From an uncultured Planctomycetia bacterium (lineage in GTDB: Bacteria > Omnitrophota > Gorgyraeia > Tantalellales > Tantalellaceae), in NCBI GenBank assembly GCA_964528025.1, contig CAZGOZ010000004.1, positions 1 through 45,089 of the forward strand: a stretch of DNA of 45,089 nt, read 5' to 3'. A program made the position numbers and the translations under genes. Below the pieces are notes generated by a model. That model was not told where the DNA came from. It saw only the letters and a list, made by a program, of their open reading frames with translations, and ran no database searches. Below, piece after piece: positions 1-9,039 of the stretch. Numbering within the stretch: position 1 is the first letter of the stretch; each line of letters begins with the position of its first letter.

Positions 1-978
1 AAACAGGCTTTCTCCCAGCACCGCGACCATCGCAGCATTGTCGGAACAAAACTTCCGGGGTGCCAGACAGAGCTCAATGTTCTCTCTGCGGCAGCGTGAA
101 GCGAGCCGCCGGCGAAGCATTTCGTTATTAACCACGCCTCCCCCGACAGCGAGTTTTTCCGTTTTTTCGGCGAATCGCACGGCCCTAATCACCTTCTCCT
201 CGATTATATCCAGCACGGCTTCTTGAAATGAAAAACAGATCTTGTCTTTTTCGGCCTCGGTCTTCGCGGAATCTCTCCAGTAATACATCACGGCTGTTTT
301 GATTCCACTGAAACTAAAGTCCAGATTCGAAGCGTCCCCAAGAAGAGCGCGCGAAAAATTAATCTCTTTACCGTTCGTGAAATTTGCCGCTCTTTCCTCC
401 ACAACCGGACCGCCGGGATATCCCAAGCCAAGTATTTTGGCAACCTTGTCAAAGGCTTCTCCGACAGCGTCATCCAGTGTTCTGCCTATAAGGATGAAAT
501 CCTTCAAGGATTTGCAGATATACATGCTGGTATGCCCGCCGGATATAACCATTCCGACGAAGGGAAAAATAGGGACGTCACCCGCGAGGGTGACGTCCCT
601 ATTTTTCCCTCTTGCTCCAAGAAAACAGGACATGATATGCGCCTGCAAATGGTCCACTTCTATCAATGGTATTTTTCCGGCAAAACTGAGCGCGTCCGCA
701 AACGCGCGTCCCACAAGAAGTGACCCGGGTAATCCGGGCTTACACGTCACAGCCACCAGGTCAATATCCTTTATCCCGCAATGCGCGTCCGCAAGCGCCT
801 GTCTCGTCACAGACAGAATAAATTCCGTATGAAAACGTGACGCTATCTCGGGAACAACCCCCCCGTAACGCGCGTGAAGATGCACGCTTGAGGATATCTC
901 GCTGGAAAGAACGCGGCCGTCGCGAACTACCGCCGCCGCTGTTTCATCGCAAGAAGTTTCAATTCCGAGTGTAATCAT
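1..978 (-). CDS. tsaD: tRNA N6-adenosine threonylcarbamoyltransferase TsaD (Kae1/Gcp family); C-terminus cut by the window edge
   Basis: Absent from the ORF track because there is no stop in the window. Manual translation from the ATG at 976-978 gives MITLGIETSCDETAAAVV...VDHLQAHI...ISGGHTS...GLGYPGGP...VGGGVVNN...CSDNAAMV. The frame stays open to base 1. Confidence 0.9.
   Translation of the reverse strand, partial: MITLGIETSCDETAAAVVRDGRVLSSEISSSVHLHARYGGVVPEIASRFHTEFILSVTRQALADAHCGIKDIDLVAVTCKPGLPGSLLVGRAFADALSFAGKIPLIEVDHLQAHIMSCFLGARGKNRDVTLAGDVPIFPFVGMVISGGHTSMYICKSLKDFILIGRTLDDAVGEAFDKVAKILGLGYPGGPVVEERAANFTNGKEINFSRALLGDASNLDFSFSGIKTAVMYYWRDSAKTEAEKDKICFSFQEAVLDIIEEKVIRAVRFAEKTEKLAVGGGVVNNEMLRRRLASRCRRENIELCLAPRKFCSDNAAMVAVLGESLF
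561..610. repeat. Perfect 23-bp-stem palindrome (4-nt loop GCGA) inside the tsaD coding frame
   Basis: Bases 561-583 are the exact reverse complement of 588-610. The segment reads through in the tsaD frame as GKNRDVTLAGDVPIFP. Confidence 0.95.
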
Positions 979-990
979 AATAATAAAAGA

Positions 991-1059
991 CGTAGGGGCG
1001 GGGTTACCCCGCCCTTTATCCCGATCCCCGCGTTAGGGCGGGGTAACCCCGCCCCTACG
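991..1059. repeat. Pair of GC-rich hairpins forming a 24-bp perfect inverted repeat (GTAGGGGC...GCCCCTAC family)
   Basis: cgtaggggcggggttaccccgccc (991-1014) is the exact reverse complement of 1036-1059. Each half is itself a short hairpin. The pair lies between the tsaD start and the stop of the upstream gene. Confidence 0.9.
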
Positions 1060-1869
1060 ACGCTCTTGTATAAATTCCGAAAGGCGCACGAAACGGATTC
1101 CTTTTTCCTTCATCCCGGCAACGGTCTCTTTCAGAACGCTTATGGTTCCCGGTCGGTCGTGTCCGATCGCCACCGCAGAACCATTGTCCAGCACCATGCG
1201 TTCAAATTCCAGAATCTGCCCCCTGATATATTCGGCTTCGTTCTTGTTATCCAGAAAAATGTCTCTTTTTATACAAGGAACACCTTTCTCAAGTGCTATA
1301 TCAACGCAAACCGAATCTTTCGTAGTATATGAATCCAGAAAAAAGATGCCGCGCCGCGCCATGTCTTCAAGCACAAGCGACATCACCCGGGCATCAGCCG
1401 TCGCACGGGATCCCATGTGGTTTGACGCGCCTTTGGCCGACGAAACCGACTTAAACGCGCTTATCATGATCTCTTTTACTTTTTCCTCGCCCATCCCTAT
1501 CGCAATCGTATCTTCTTCTGCCCGGATATTTTGGCCTTCGGGCTCCATAGGAAGATGCAGAATTACTTCAAACCCGTTTTTCTCCGCGAAAACACACACT
1601 TCTTCCGTATAAGGGGCATGAGGTAAAACCGCCATGGTCAAAGGAACTCCCACCTCTTTCAGCGCGGCCAGATTCCTTCGGCTATATCCAAAATCATCAA
1701 GGATCAGAGCCGCCATGGGCAGGGGCTTTTCCGGTTGCACTATTTCCACGGGAGAAACGAGCGGCTTCATTTTTCGACCCGGAAAAATGCGTATCGCGAA
1801 AACGAGGACGACCAATGCTGCTACTGCCAGAAAAATCCACGATCTTGTTTTTAAGACAGGTCCCCACAT
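1033..1869 (-). CDS. Divergent polysaccharide deacetylase family protein (YibQ-like), N-terminal TM helix
   Basis: 278-aa ORF with ILDDFGYS...LTMAVLPH...NHMGS motifs. The ATG overlaps the gatB stop (TAATG). The last ~9 residues (RRRGGVTPP) are encoded by the GC hairpin repeat. Confidence 0.75.
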   Translation of the reverse strand: MWGPVLKTRSWIFLAVAALVVLVFAIRIFPGRKMKPLVSPVEIVQPEKPLPMAALILDDFGYSRRNLAALKEVGVPLTMAVLPHAPYTEEVCVFAEKNGFEVILHLPMEPEGQNIRAEEDTIAIGMGEEKVKEIMISAFKSVSSAKGASNHMGSRATADARVMSLVLEDMARRGIFFLDSYTTKDSVCVDIALEKGVPCIKRDIFLDNKNEAEYIRGQILEFERMVLDNGSAVAIGHDRPGTISVLKETVAGMKEKGIRFVRLSEFIQERRRGGVTPP

Positions 1870-3329
1870 TATTTTTCAATCTCTTTGCGCAGCATTTCGC
1901 CGGCTATTTTAGGATTTGCCTTACCCGATGTTTCCTTCATGACCTGGCCGACGAGAAAACTCAAGGCGTTTGTTTTACCGTTCCTGTAATCAGCAACGGA
2001 TTTCTCATTCGCAGCGATTACCTTACGCACAACTTCCAGAATAGACGTCTCGTCTGAAATCTGACCGAGTTTCTTCTCATCCACAATCATCGCAGGATCT
2101 TTTCCGGTATCCAGATAAATTTTCAGCGTTTCTTTGGCCGCAAGGCCGCTTAAAATCCCTTTTTGGGCCATTTTTATAATCTTCGCGATCCCTACTGAAA
2201 GCCCGCTGTTATCTCTTTCCATTCCGGCGATATCCGTGCCGTGTTCGTTCGCATGCATCATGAGCGGCCCTTTTATCCAATTACACGCTGCTTGGGCGTC
2301 ACCGCTCTCCTCGGCAACTTTTTCAAAAAAATCTCCGGTTTCCCGTGAAATTGTCATGTTTTCTGCATCCTTATCCCCCAGCCCGTATTGACTTTGGAAG
2401 CGGCATTCTTTTGCTTCCGGCAGCTCGGGAATATCCTTGCGTACCTTTTCCACGAGAGCGCCCTGAACTTCAAACGGGACAAGATCCGGTTCCGAAAAAT
2501 ACCGATAATCCTGCGCTTCTTCTTTTGACCTCATGGAAACCGTTATGTTCTTCTTTTCATCCCAAAGGCGGGTTTCATGAGCCACAGCTTCTCCCCGACC
2601 CAGAACATCCGCCTGGCGCCTTTGTTCAAAGGCAAGCGCATCTCTAACGGCCTTGAATGAGTTCATGTTCTTTATCTCCACTTTTGAACCAAGCGCGGAT
2701 ACCCCTTGTTTTCTCAGTGATATGTTTGCGTCACATCTCAAGCTTCCCTCTTCCATGTTGCAATCCGACACTTCGAGATATTTTACTATCCGTTTCAGCG
2801 TAACCAAATATCGGGAAGCGTCTTCAGGTGATCGTATGTCGGGTTCCGAAACTATCTCAAGAAGAGGTGTGCCGGTGCGATTGAGATCCACATAACTATA
2901 TGGACGTTCCGGATCATGTAAAAGTTTCCCCGCGTCTTCCTCTATATGAATGCGAGTGATACCGATACTTTTCATCTTTTCGGGCCCGTCGGGTATCTTC
3001 ACCTTACCGTTATACGCCAAAGGCATATCATACTGACTGATCTGATAATTTTTCGGAAGGTCAGGATAATAATAATTTTTCCGGTCAAACTTAACCGTTT
3101 TCTGGATATCACAACCAAGGACAAGCGCCACTTTTATTGCATACTCAAAGACCTTTTCGTTCAGTACCGGCAATACCCCAGGAAGGCCAAGACACACAGG
3201 ACATACCTGGGTATTGGGCTCAACTCCAAAGACCGTTCTGCACCCACAGAATACCTTTGTCTCCGTGGCAAGCTGCAGATGCACTTCCAGGCCTATTACC
3301 GTCTCGTATTTACCGCCTGAGTCCTTCAT
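1869..3329 (-). CDS. gatB: Asp-tRNA(Asn)/Glu-tRNA(Gln) amidotransferase subunit B
   Basis: YETVIGLEVHLQL, CPVCLGLPG and a C-terminal GatB/YqeY-like tail. Start moved to the internal ATG at 3329 (MKDSGGKYE), which has a GGAGG RBS. The upstream part of the 564-aa ORF overlaps gatA. Confidence 0.93.
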   Translation of the reverse strand: MKDSGGKYETVIGLEVHLQLATETKVFCGCRTVFGVEPNTQVCPVCLGLPGVLPVLNEKVFEYAIKVALVLGCDIQKTVKFDRKNYYYPDLPKNYQISQYDMPLAYNGKVKIPDGPEKMKSIGITRIHIEEDAGKLLHDPERPYSYVDLNRTGTPLLEIVSEPDIRSPEDASRYLVTLKRIVKYLEVSDCNMEEGSLRCDANISLRKQGVSALGSKVEIKNMNSFKAVRDALAFEQRRQADVLGRGEAVAHETRLWDEKKNITVSMRSKEEAQDYRYFSEPDLVPFEVQGALVEKVRKDIPELPEAKECRFQSQYGLGDKDAENMTISRETGDFFEKVAEESGDAQAACNWIKGPLMMHANEHGTDIAGMERDNSGLSVGIAKIIKMAQKGILSGLAAKETLKIYLDTGKDPAMIVDEKKLGQISDETSILEVVRKVIAANEKSVADYRNGKTNALSFLVGQVMKETSGKANPKIAGEMLRKEIEK

Positions 3330-4797
3330 CTGCCTCCTTCCCTTTTCCCGAAACCGGTGGAAGAAGTTTATCGTATTCCGTGTCTCTTTCAAATGCATGG
3401 GCCATCCGAATAAGAATCTCTTCGTTGAACGGCGCAGCCATGAGCTGAAGTCCCACCGGTAAATCGTTCTCTCCAATGCCGCACGGAACTGTAACAGCCG
3501 GCAAACCTGCAAGATTAGCCGGAATCGTGAATATGTCGGACAGATACATCTGAAGGGGATCATCCGTTTTCTCTCCGATTTTGAAAGCGGTTGTCGGAGT
3601 CGTGGGGGTCAACACGCAATCACAAACGCCGAAAGCATCTTTGAAATCACCGGCTATCCGGGTCCGGACCTTTTGCGCTTTGAGATAATACGCGTCGTAA
3701 TAACCACTGCTTAAAGAATACGTTCCCAGAAGAATCCTTCTCTTGGCTTCAGCGCCAAACCCTTTGCTTCTGGTGGCCGTATACATTTCAATAAGTCCTT
3801 CGGCATCGGGATCACGATAACCATAGTGCACGCCGTCAAAACGCGCAAGATTGGAACTGGCCTCCGCCGGCGCGATAATATAGTAACAACTGACGGCATA
3901 TTTCGTGTGCGGCAGTGAAATGTCCACAATCTCGGCCCCAAGTTTCCGAAAAACCTCAATGGCCTCCTCAATACGTTTTCTCACTTTCTCATCCATACCC
4001 ACAGAAAAATATTCCGCCGGGATACCGATCTTTACCCCTTTTATCTTTCGCGAAAGATTTTTGGAAAAACACGGAACGGGCTGATTAACAGAAGTTGAAT
4101 CCCTGCGGTCATAACCGGACATGACTTCAAGAAGAATGGCGCAATCGGTTATATTTCTGGTTATGGGACCAATCTGATCCAGACTGGAAGCAAAGGCAAT
4201 AAGCCCGTAACGCGACACCCTTCCATATGTTGGTTTAAAACCTACCACGCCGCACATTGCAGCAGGCTGGCGGATTGATCCTCCCGTGTCCGATCCGATT
4301 GCAGCAACTACCTCTCCGGCTGCCACAGCGGCGGCAGACCCCCCGCTGGAGCCTCCCGGAGTTCGCGATAAATCCCACGGATTACGCGTGAGACCGAAAT
4401 ATGACGTCTCGCAGGAAGAACCGAAGGCGAACTCATCCATGTTCGCCCCATCTATCAAAAGTGCTCCTTCATTTTCCAGTTTCTCGATGACAGTCGCGTC
4501 ATATGGCGGACGAAATTTTTCCAGAATACGTGAGCCACACGTGGTAAGAGCCCCCTTTATACATATATTGTTCTTAACGCCGATGGGAACCCCGTTCAAC
4601 CGCCCGTTTTGCACGGCTTTTGCTGCTTTTTTTGACCGCGCCATAACGGCTGCCACATCGCTTCGCATGAAAGCCTTAATATCCTTATCTAGCGCAGCCG
4701 CTCTTTCCGCCAGAAAACGGGCCGAGACCTCCGCCGGCTCCGATCTCTCTTTGAGCCATTGTCTAAAACTGTCTATGCTTGAAAGTATGTCTTCCAT
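3310..4797 (-). CDS. gatA: Glutamyl-tRNA(Gln) amidotransferase subunit A (amidase signature)
   Basis: GGSSGGSAAAVA, GSDTGGSIRQPAA and KPTYGRVSRYG. Start set at ATG 4797 (MEDILSS), next to the gatC stop. Confidence 0.93.
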   Translation of the reverse strand: MEDILSSIDSFRQWLKERSEPAEVSARFLAERAAALDKDIKAFMRSDVAAVMARSKKAAKAVQNGRLNGVPIGVKNNICIKGALTTCGSRILEKFRPPYDATVIEKLENEGALLIDGANMDEFAFGSSCETSYFGLTRNPWDLSRTPGGSSGGSAAAVAAGEVVAAIGSDTGGSIRQPAAMCGVVGFKPTYGRVSRYGLIAFASSLDQIGPITRNITDCAILLEVMSGYDRRDSTSVNQPVPCFSKNLSRKIKGVKIGIPAEYFSVGMDEKVRKRIEEAIEVFRKLGAEIVDISLPHTKYAVSCYYIIAPAEASSNLARFDGVHYGYRDPDAEGLIEMYTATRSKGFGAEAKRRILLGTYSLSSGYYDAYYLKAQKVRTRIAGDFKDAFGVCDCVLTPTTPTTAFKIGEKTDDPLQMYLSDIFTIPANLAGLPAVTVPCGIGENDLPVGLQLMAAPFNEEILIRMAHAFERDTEYDKLLPPVSGKGKEADEGLRR

Positions 4798-4798
4798 T

Positions 4799-5116
4799 CT
4801 AGGGATTTCCGATGATCCTGGGGACCTTGAAGAGATTTCCTTTTTTCTCGGGGGCATTGCTCATAACCTCCTCCACGGAGAGAGACTCTGCCGGTTCGTC
4901 CTTCCTGAACACATTTTTCATAGAAGAAAGGACATGCGTGGTCGGAAAAGTATCTTTTGTTTCCACCTCGTTTAATTGCGTTATATATTCCAGAATGCGT
5001 GCAAGTTGTTCACGAAACTTTGCAATCTCTGACTCGTCGATATGCAAACGAGAAAGCTTTGCCGCGTGCCGGACTATATCTTCTGTGATCGTCTTTTTTT
5101 TGCCGGTGTTTTTCAT
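4799..5116 (-). CDS. gatC: Glutamyl-tRNA(Gln) amidotransferase subunit C
   Basis: 105 aa with AKLSRLHIDESEIAKF...QLNEV, typical of GatC. gatCAB gene order. Confidence 0.85.
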   Translation of the reverse strand: MKNTGKKKTITEDIVRHAAKLSRLHIDESEIAKFREQLARILEYITQLNEVETKDTFPTTHVLSSMKNVFRKDEPAESLSVEEVMSNAPEKKGNLFKVPRIIGNP

Positions 5117-5150
5117 TCCACTACAACCCTATCATATAACAATTCCCAAG

Positions 5151-6011
5151 TCAATCCGGACGGACGCAGGTAATCTCGCCTACCATATCAGCCATTTTCG
5201 CATAGTCGGCGAGAGACAGATTCTCGGCGCGGCTTGCGGCATCAATGCCGCAACGTCTCAACACCTCTTCCCATGTGCCCTTTTCTATAGACATAAACCC
5301 TTTTCCGGACAGGGGATTTATTATTTTTTTTCTTCTCTCTGAAAATACTTTCCGTATAAGAGCGAACATGAGGCGTTCATCCTTGACGGAAGTACTTGGC
5401 TCACGCAATATACGCAGTTTCAACAAGCATGACCCCACATTAGGCGTCGGGTAAAACGAATTCTTTTTTATCCTGAAAAGCTTTTCCGGCTTGGTGTAGA
5501 ATTGGACAAAAAAACTAATCGCCCCGCACGCCCTGGATCCCGGGGCGGAAACAATCCTGTCCGCCAACTCTTCCTGCATCACAAGATAGGCCTCATCCAC
5601 ACATCTCCGGCTCTTGATAATCTTCTCAATAATCGGCGTGGAAACGTAGTACGGAATATTTCCGAATACCGTGGCCCTTTTTCTTTTTTCCGTAAAAGCG
5701 CATAAATCCACATCAAGTATATCCGCGACGAGAAGTGTGATATTACCCTTTCTCTTGAGGCGGGGCTCTATAATCCTGCAGATTCGGGTATCTTTCTCAA
5801 CGGCAATCAACCTGCCGCATCTTTCGGCCACAAGAAAAGACATGACCCCGAAACCTGCCCCTATTTCGATTACCGTGCCGCCGGCTTTCGGGGAAATGCT
5901 GCGCAGAATATTATCCCTTACGTTCTTATCAATAAGAAAATTCTGCCCGAGTTTTTTCTTGGGGCGAAAACCATGTTCTCGCCATATCTCTTTGAGCTCT
6001 TTTAAGTCCAT
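5151..6011 (-). CDS. rsmA: 16S rRNA (adenine1518/1519-N6)-dimethyltransferase
   Basis: LGQNFLID and the VIEIGAGFG SAM-binding motif. 286 aa. Confidence 0.92.
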   Translation of the reverse strand: MDLKELKEIWREHGFRPKKKLGQNFLIDKNVRDNILRSISPKAGGTVIEIGAGFGVMSFLVAERCGRLIAVEKDTRICRIIEPRLKRKGNITLLVADILDVDLCAFTEKRKRATVFGNIPYYVSTPIIEKIIKSRRCVDEAYLVMQEELADRIVSAPGSRACGAISFFVQFYTKPEKLFRIKKNSFYPTPNVGSCLLKLRILREPSTSVKDERLMFALIRKVFSERRKKIINPLSGKGFMSIEKGTWEEVLRRCGIDAASRAENLSLADYAKMADMVGEITCVRPD

Positions 6012-7027
6012 TTCAACCGCGCGGCCTTAACAGCAAGTTTAATGGCCCTTTCCATGGAAACGGCCCCGGCAATCCCTTTTCCCGCTATATCAAACGCGGT
6101 GCCATGATCCGGCGAAGTCCTCACATCGCCCAGCCCCAGCGTCAGATTAACTCCAACGTCAAACTCCACCATTTTAAAGGGGGCAAGGCCCTGGTCATGA
6201 TACATCGCGATAACTATATCCACTTCTTTCTTCATGGCCTTATAAAACACCGTGTCCGCTGACAGAGGACCATTTATGCCGTTGTAAAAACCCTTCGCCT
6301 TTTTTACTGCCGGCGCAATCATGTCTATCTCTTCGTTCCCTATTTTGCCGCCTTCACCGCAATGCGGATTCAAGCCACACACAGTGATACGGGGGTTTTT
6401 CTTACCGCTTATAAGAAGGCGATTTTTGCTTACCTGGATCAGCGTCTGCACTATCAGATCCGCTGACAATCCTGCGGGAACATCCTTCAGCGGGACATGC
6501 CTTGTCACCGGAACAACACACATATTTTCCCCAACCATGACCATCGTGACCAGTTTCGAAGAATAGGCAGTTTGAAGATATTCAGTATGGCCCCGAAAGC
6601 CTGGCGAAACGCGCGCAATTCCTTCTTTACTGACAGGGGCAGTCACCATTGCTTTCCCCGCGCCTCGCGGTGCCTTCCGGATCATCCTAACGGCAATTTC
6701 CAGGCACTTCAACGCTTTTATAGAGCCCTTCTCCGTGGGAACGCCGGGAGTGTCTTCGCCTTTCGAAAAGCCCGGATCCACAATATTTATGTGTTTTTTA
6801 TTCAGCCGGATATCCTTCGCTGCGGTAAACCGGTGAAACACCAGATTCTTTCTACATGCCGAAGAGGCCGCGCCCTCCATTACGCGAGCATCGCCCACAA
6901 CAACAAAAACGGCAAGCTCCCGAATCTCGGAACTTGCCATTGATTTCATTATCACTTCCGGCCCTATGCCAGCCGGGTCCCCCATGGTCACGAACACCAG
7001 AGGTTTACTTGTAGGCAATATACGCAT
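6002..7027 (-). CDS. pdxA: 4-hydroxythreonine-4-phosphate dehydrogenase
   Basis: GDPAGIGPEV, HTEYL, GLNPHCGEGG and SPDHGTAFDIAGKG. Start uncertain: ATG at 7027 or 7042; the ORF-track start at 7069 is TTG. Confidence 0.88.
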   Translation of the reverse strand: MRILPTSKPLVFVTMGDPAGIGPEVIMKSMASSEIRELAVFVVVGDARVMEGAASSACRKNLVFHRFTAAKDIRLNKKHINIVDPGFSKGEDTPGVPTEKGSIKALKCLEIAVRMIRKAPRGAGKAMVTAPVSKEGIARVSPGFRGHTEYLQTAYSSKLVTMVMVGENMCVVPVTRHVPLKDVPAGLSADLIVQTLIQVSKNRLLISGKKNPRITVCGLNPHCGEGGKIGNEEIDMIAPAVKKAKGFYNGINGPLSADTVFYKAMKKEVDIVIAMYHDQGLAPFKMVEFDVGVNLTLGLGDVRTSPDHGTAFDIAGKGIAGAVSMERAIKLAVKAARLKWT

Positions 7028-7973
7028 TCTTTCGTTTCTCATCAATCCACTTACCCATACCCTCCTCAAATTTTTTCATAAATAGCTGTTCACGCAAGAA
7101 ATCGCTGACCTCATTAAACTCCATCGCATGCTCTTTCTGTATGTCCTCAACCACAAATATGTGATACCCCAATTTCGTTTCTACAATGTCTGATACTTTT
7201 CCTTTTTTTAATTTAAAGATCACTTCGTCTATTTCCGGAATTATCTGCCCGGGAGACACATATCCCATATCACCGCCGTTTTTCGCGTATGGCCCTTCCG
7301 AATATTCCGTCGCCGCCACCGCAAAACTCTTTCCTTTTTTTATTTCCGAAGCTATTTCTTTTATTTTTTTTGACAAATTTTCACCCTCATTATTCGCGGA
7401 CTTGCGTATCATAATCCCCCTCACCTTAATCCGGTCAGGCGCTATGAGTTTTTCCTTATTCTTGATATAGAGGTCCTGCACTTCGGTCGGTGAGATTACA
7501 ACCCTTGACGAGACTTCTCGTTCAACAAGTTTTTGCGCCAACAGTTGGTCCTTCATTTCCTTTTTATACTCGCTTAAAGTGGTGCCCTTAGCATCGAGGG
7601 TCCGCAAAAATTCATCTTCAGAACCGTAATAAGACCTTATTGCATCCATGCGTTTTTTCAGCTCTTCTTCGTTGACCTTTACTTTTTCTTTTTTGGCCAG
7701 GCTAATCGCGAGCTTGGAGTTTATTATCTGTTCCAGAAGGCCTTTTCTGGCCTGTTCCAACTGTTCTTGCAATTCCACGCCCTTAAACCTTTCTTCATAA
7801 CTTTTCTGTATGGGATAGAATGTCCTGTCAAATTCCCGCTGTGTCACGACCTCATCATTGACCACTGCCATTACTTTATCCACAACCGCGGCATTCGCGA
7901 CATGGGTGGCCAATAACACGGAGCATGCTAATATAATAAGCAGCACGCTACTAATCTTTTTGGAAAAATTCAT
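7005..7973 (-). CDS. SurA-like periplasmic chaperone / parvulin-type peptidyl-prolyl isomerase
   Basis: Signal peptide MNFSKKISSVLLIILACSVLLATHVANA, a SurA_N-like helical region and a PpiC domain (GGDMGYV...TKLGYHIF). GAGGAG RBS before the ATG at 7973. surA-pdxA-rsmA-type neighbourhood. Confidence 0.8.
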   Translation of the reverse strand: MNFSKKISSVLLIILACSVLLATHVANAAVVDKVMAVVNDEVVTQREFDRTFYPIQKSYEERFKGVELQEQLEQARKGLLEQIINSKLAISLAKKEKVKVNEEELKKRMDAIRSYYGSEDEFLRTLDAKGTTLSEYKKEMKDQLLAQKLVEREVSSRVVISPTEVQDLYIKNKEKLIAPDRIKVRGIMIRKSANNEGENLSKKIKEIASEIKKGKSFAVAATEYSEGPYAKNGGDMGYVSPGQIIPEIDEVIFKLKKGKVSDIVETKLGYHIFVVEDIQKEHAMEFNEVSDFLREQLFMKKFEEGMGKWIDEKRKNAYIAYK

Positions 7974-7993
7974 ACACTCCTCACTTTCAGCAC

Positions 7994-8035
7994 TATTTAA
8001 ATAACCAAGATACAAATAATGTCAAATAATGAAAT
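7994..8035. repeat. Solo arm of the AT-rich palindrome family
   Basis: ctatttaaataaccaagatacaaataatgtcaaat matches the outer arm of the copies at 31096 and 16446. No opposing arm is present. Confidence 0.7.
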
Positions 8036-8041
8036 TCGTAC

Positions 8042-8061
8042 GGGCGAATAATCATTCGCCC
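8042..8061 (-). terminator. Short stem-loop immediately after the stop of the PrsA-like gene
   Basis: gggcgaat-aatc-attcgccc forms an 8-bp stem. The U-rich tract is interrupted, so intrinsic termination is only plausible. Confidence 0.35.
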
Positions 8062-8937
8062 TTACGTGTCGCTTTTTTTCGCTACTAACGCTTCCTCATT
8101 AATCCTGATATCGGCGTCTTCTCTCAATCCGGCGAGCAGTTTATTAAATATTCTCTGGCGTTCCACGATACGCAGCTGGGATTTTATCTCCTCTGCAACC
8201 TGTCCGACCGGCCTTTGCTGCGGTTCTTTCCTATCCGTCAATTTTATAATATGATACCCGAGTTTTGTCTTTGTCACTCCGCTTGTCTCGCCTATTTCCA
8301 GTTGCGCACAAGCGCTTTCAAATTCCGGAATCAGCTGTCCTTTTGGGAAATACCCGATATCGCCGCCTTTCTGAGCCGTAGGATCCATGGATTTCATTCT
8401 GGCCAGATCCTCAAAAACCGCGCCGGCCTTGAGTTCTTCCGAAATGCGTTCGGCACTCTCCGGCGAAGTAGCCAGAATGTGGGACACGCGCATGACCTCG
8501 GGGGTCATATATTGCGCGTGGTTATCGTTATAAAACTTTATGACGTCTTCTTCCGTGATGCTGATAACATCATCAACTTCATCTTTTAATAACCGCGCTA
8601 TCAGTATCTTTTTCCTGGCCTCCTCAACCACCTGCCTAACTTCTTTGTCCTTGTCCAATCCTCTCCGGACTGCTTCTTGATAAAGCAACGTATCGTTGAT
8701 TAATTCCTGCAGATATTCTGCCTTCTGGTTGTTAATTACACTGCGATATCTGACCGGGAGATTTGATATCCTCTCTTCAAAGTCCGCTACGGTTATCCCT
8801 TGACGGCCGATCATAGCCAAAACAACACTTTTTTCCGGCTGTCGCCCGCAACCGGTCCAGACTACCGCGCAACATAAAGCAACTCCTGCCGCAAGGAAGA
8901 CCGGTCTCATTTTTACCCGTCCTGTAAAATCTTTCAT
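8062..8937 (-). CDS. PpiC/parvulin-type peptidyl-prolyl isomerase, PrsA-like, possible lipoprotein
   Basis: N-terminal hydrophobic segment ending ...VWTGCG, and a PpiC domain (GGDIGYFPKGQL...TKLGYHIIK). Alternative ATG at 8910. Confidence 0.8.
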   Translation of the reverse strand: MKDFTGRVKMRPVFLAAGVALCCAVVWTGCGRQPEKSVVLAMIGRQGITVADFEERISNLPVRYRSVINNQKAEYLQELINDTLLYQEAVRRGLDKDKEVRQVVEEARKKILIARLLKDEVDDVISITEEDVIKFYNDNHAQYMTPEVMRVSHILATSPESAERISEELKAGAVFEDLARMKSMDPTAQKGGDIGYFPKGQLIPEFESACAQLEIGETSGVTKTKLGYHIIKLTDRKEPQQRPVGQVAEEIKSQLRIVERQRIFNKLLAGLREDADIRINEEALVAKKSDT

Positions 8938-8977
8938 TAAATCCCCACCATGAAATATGTGTTAATAAACAGATTAG

Positions 8978-9006
8978 ATGATACCAAAATTATCCGCTAC
9001 CTTCAA
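8978..9006 (-). promoter_or_regulatory. Candidate sigma70-type promoter for the PPIase-pdxA-rsmA-gatCAB run
   Basis: Minus strand reads TTGAAG, a 17-nt spacer, then TATCAT preceded by a TG extended -10. It lies ~40 nt upstream of ATG 8937. Confidence 0.4.
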
Positions 9007-9039
9007 GATTTTTCGCCAAGGTTTGCCCGTGTATAAAAT

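Noticed and set aside
1869-3563. Long N-terminal extensions in the ORF track: gatB to 3563, gatA to 4857, pdxA to 7069, SurA-like to 8015, mfd to 11738, proB to 17754, PilX-like A to 20566, giant pseudopilin A to 22906, DUF2344 to 29198, pilQ to 31086, pilin to 34649, GGDEF to 43038
   Set aside because: The extensions overlap the upstream gene or lie inside repeat elements. Several use TTG or GTG starts, and they add residues absent from the conserved family N-termini. Internal starts with good RBS were preferred: 3329, 4797, 7027, 7973, 11681, 17703, 20524, 22882, 29132, 31065, 34607 and 42999.
7994-8035. A TTGACA hexamer inside the outer module of the AT-rich palindromes, read as a built-in outward promoter (TTGACA-16-TATTTA before the SurA-like gene)
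   Set aside because: The spacing to any -10-like hexamer differs between copies (about 22-23 nt at 31096). In the 14368-14542 copy the same hexamer points into the convergent end of nadD. It is not a consistent promoter module, though it remains possible for individual copies.
6002-8937. The surA-pdxA-rsmA arrangement with a second parvulin gene upstream, as something unusual
   Set aside because: This neighbourhood is a well-known conserved arrangement (E. coli surA-pdxA-ksgA). The extra PrsA-like PPIase is a modest variation, so this counts as ordinary housekeeping content.
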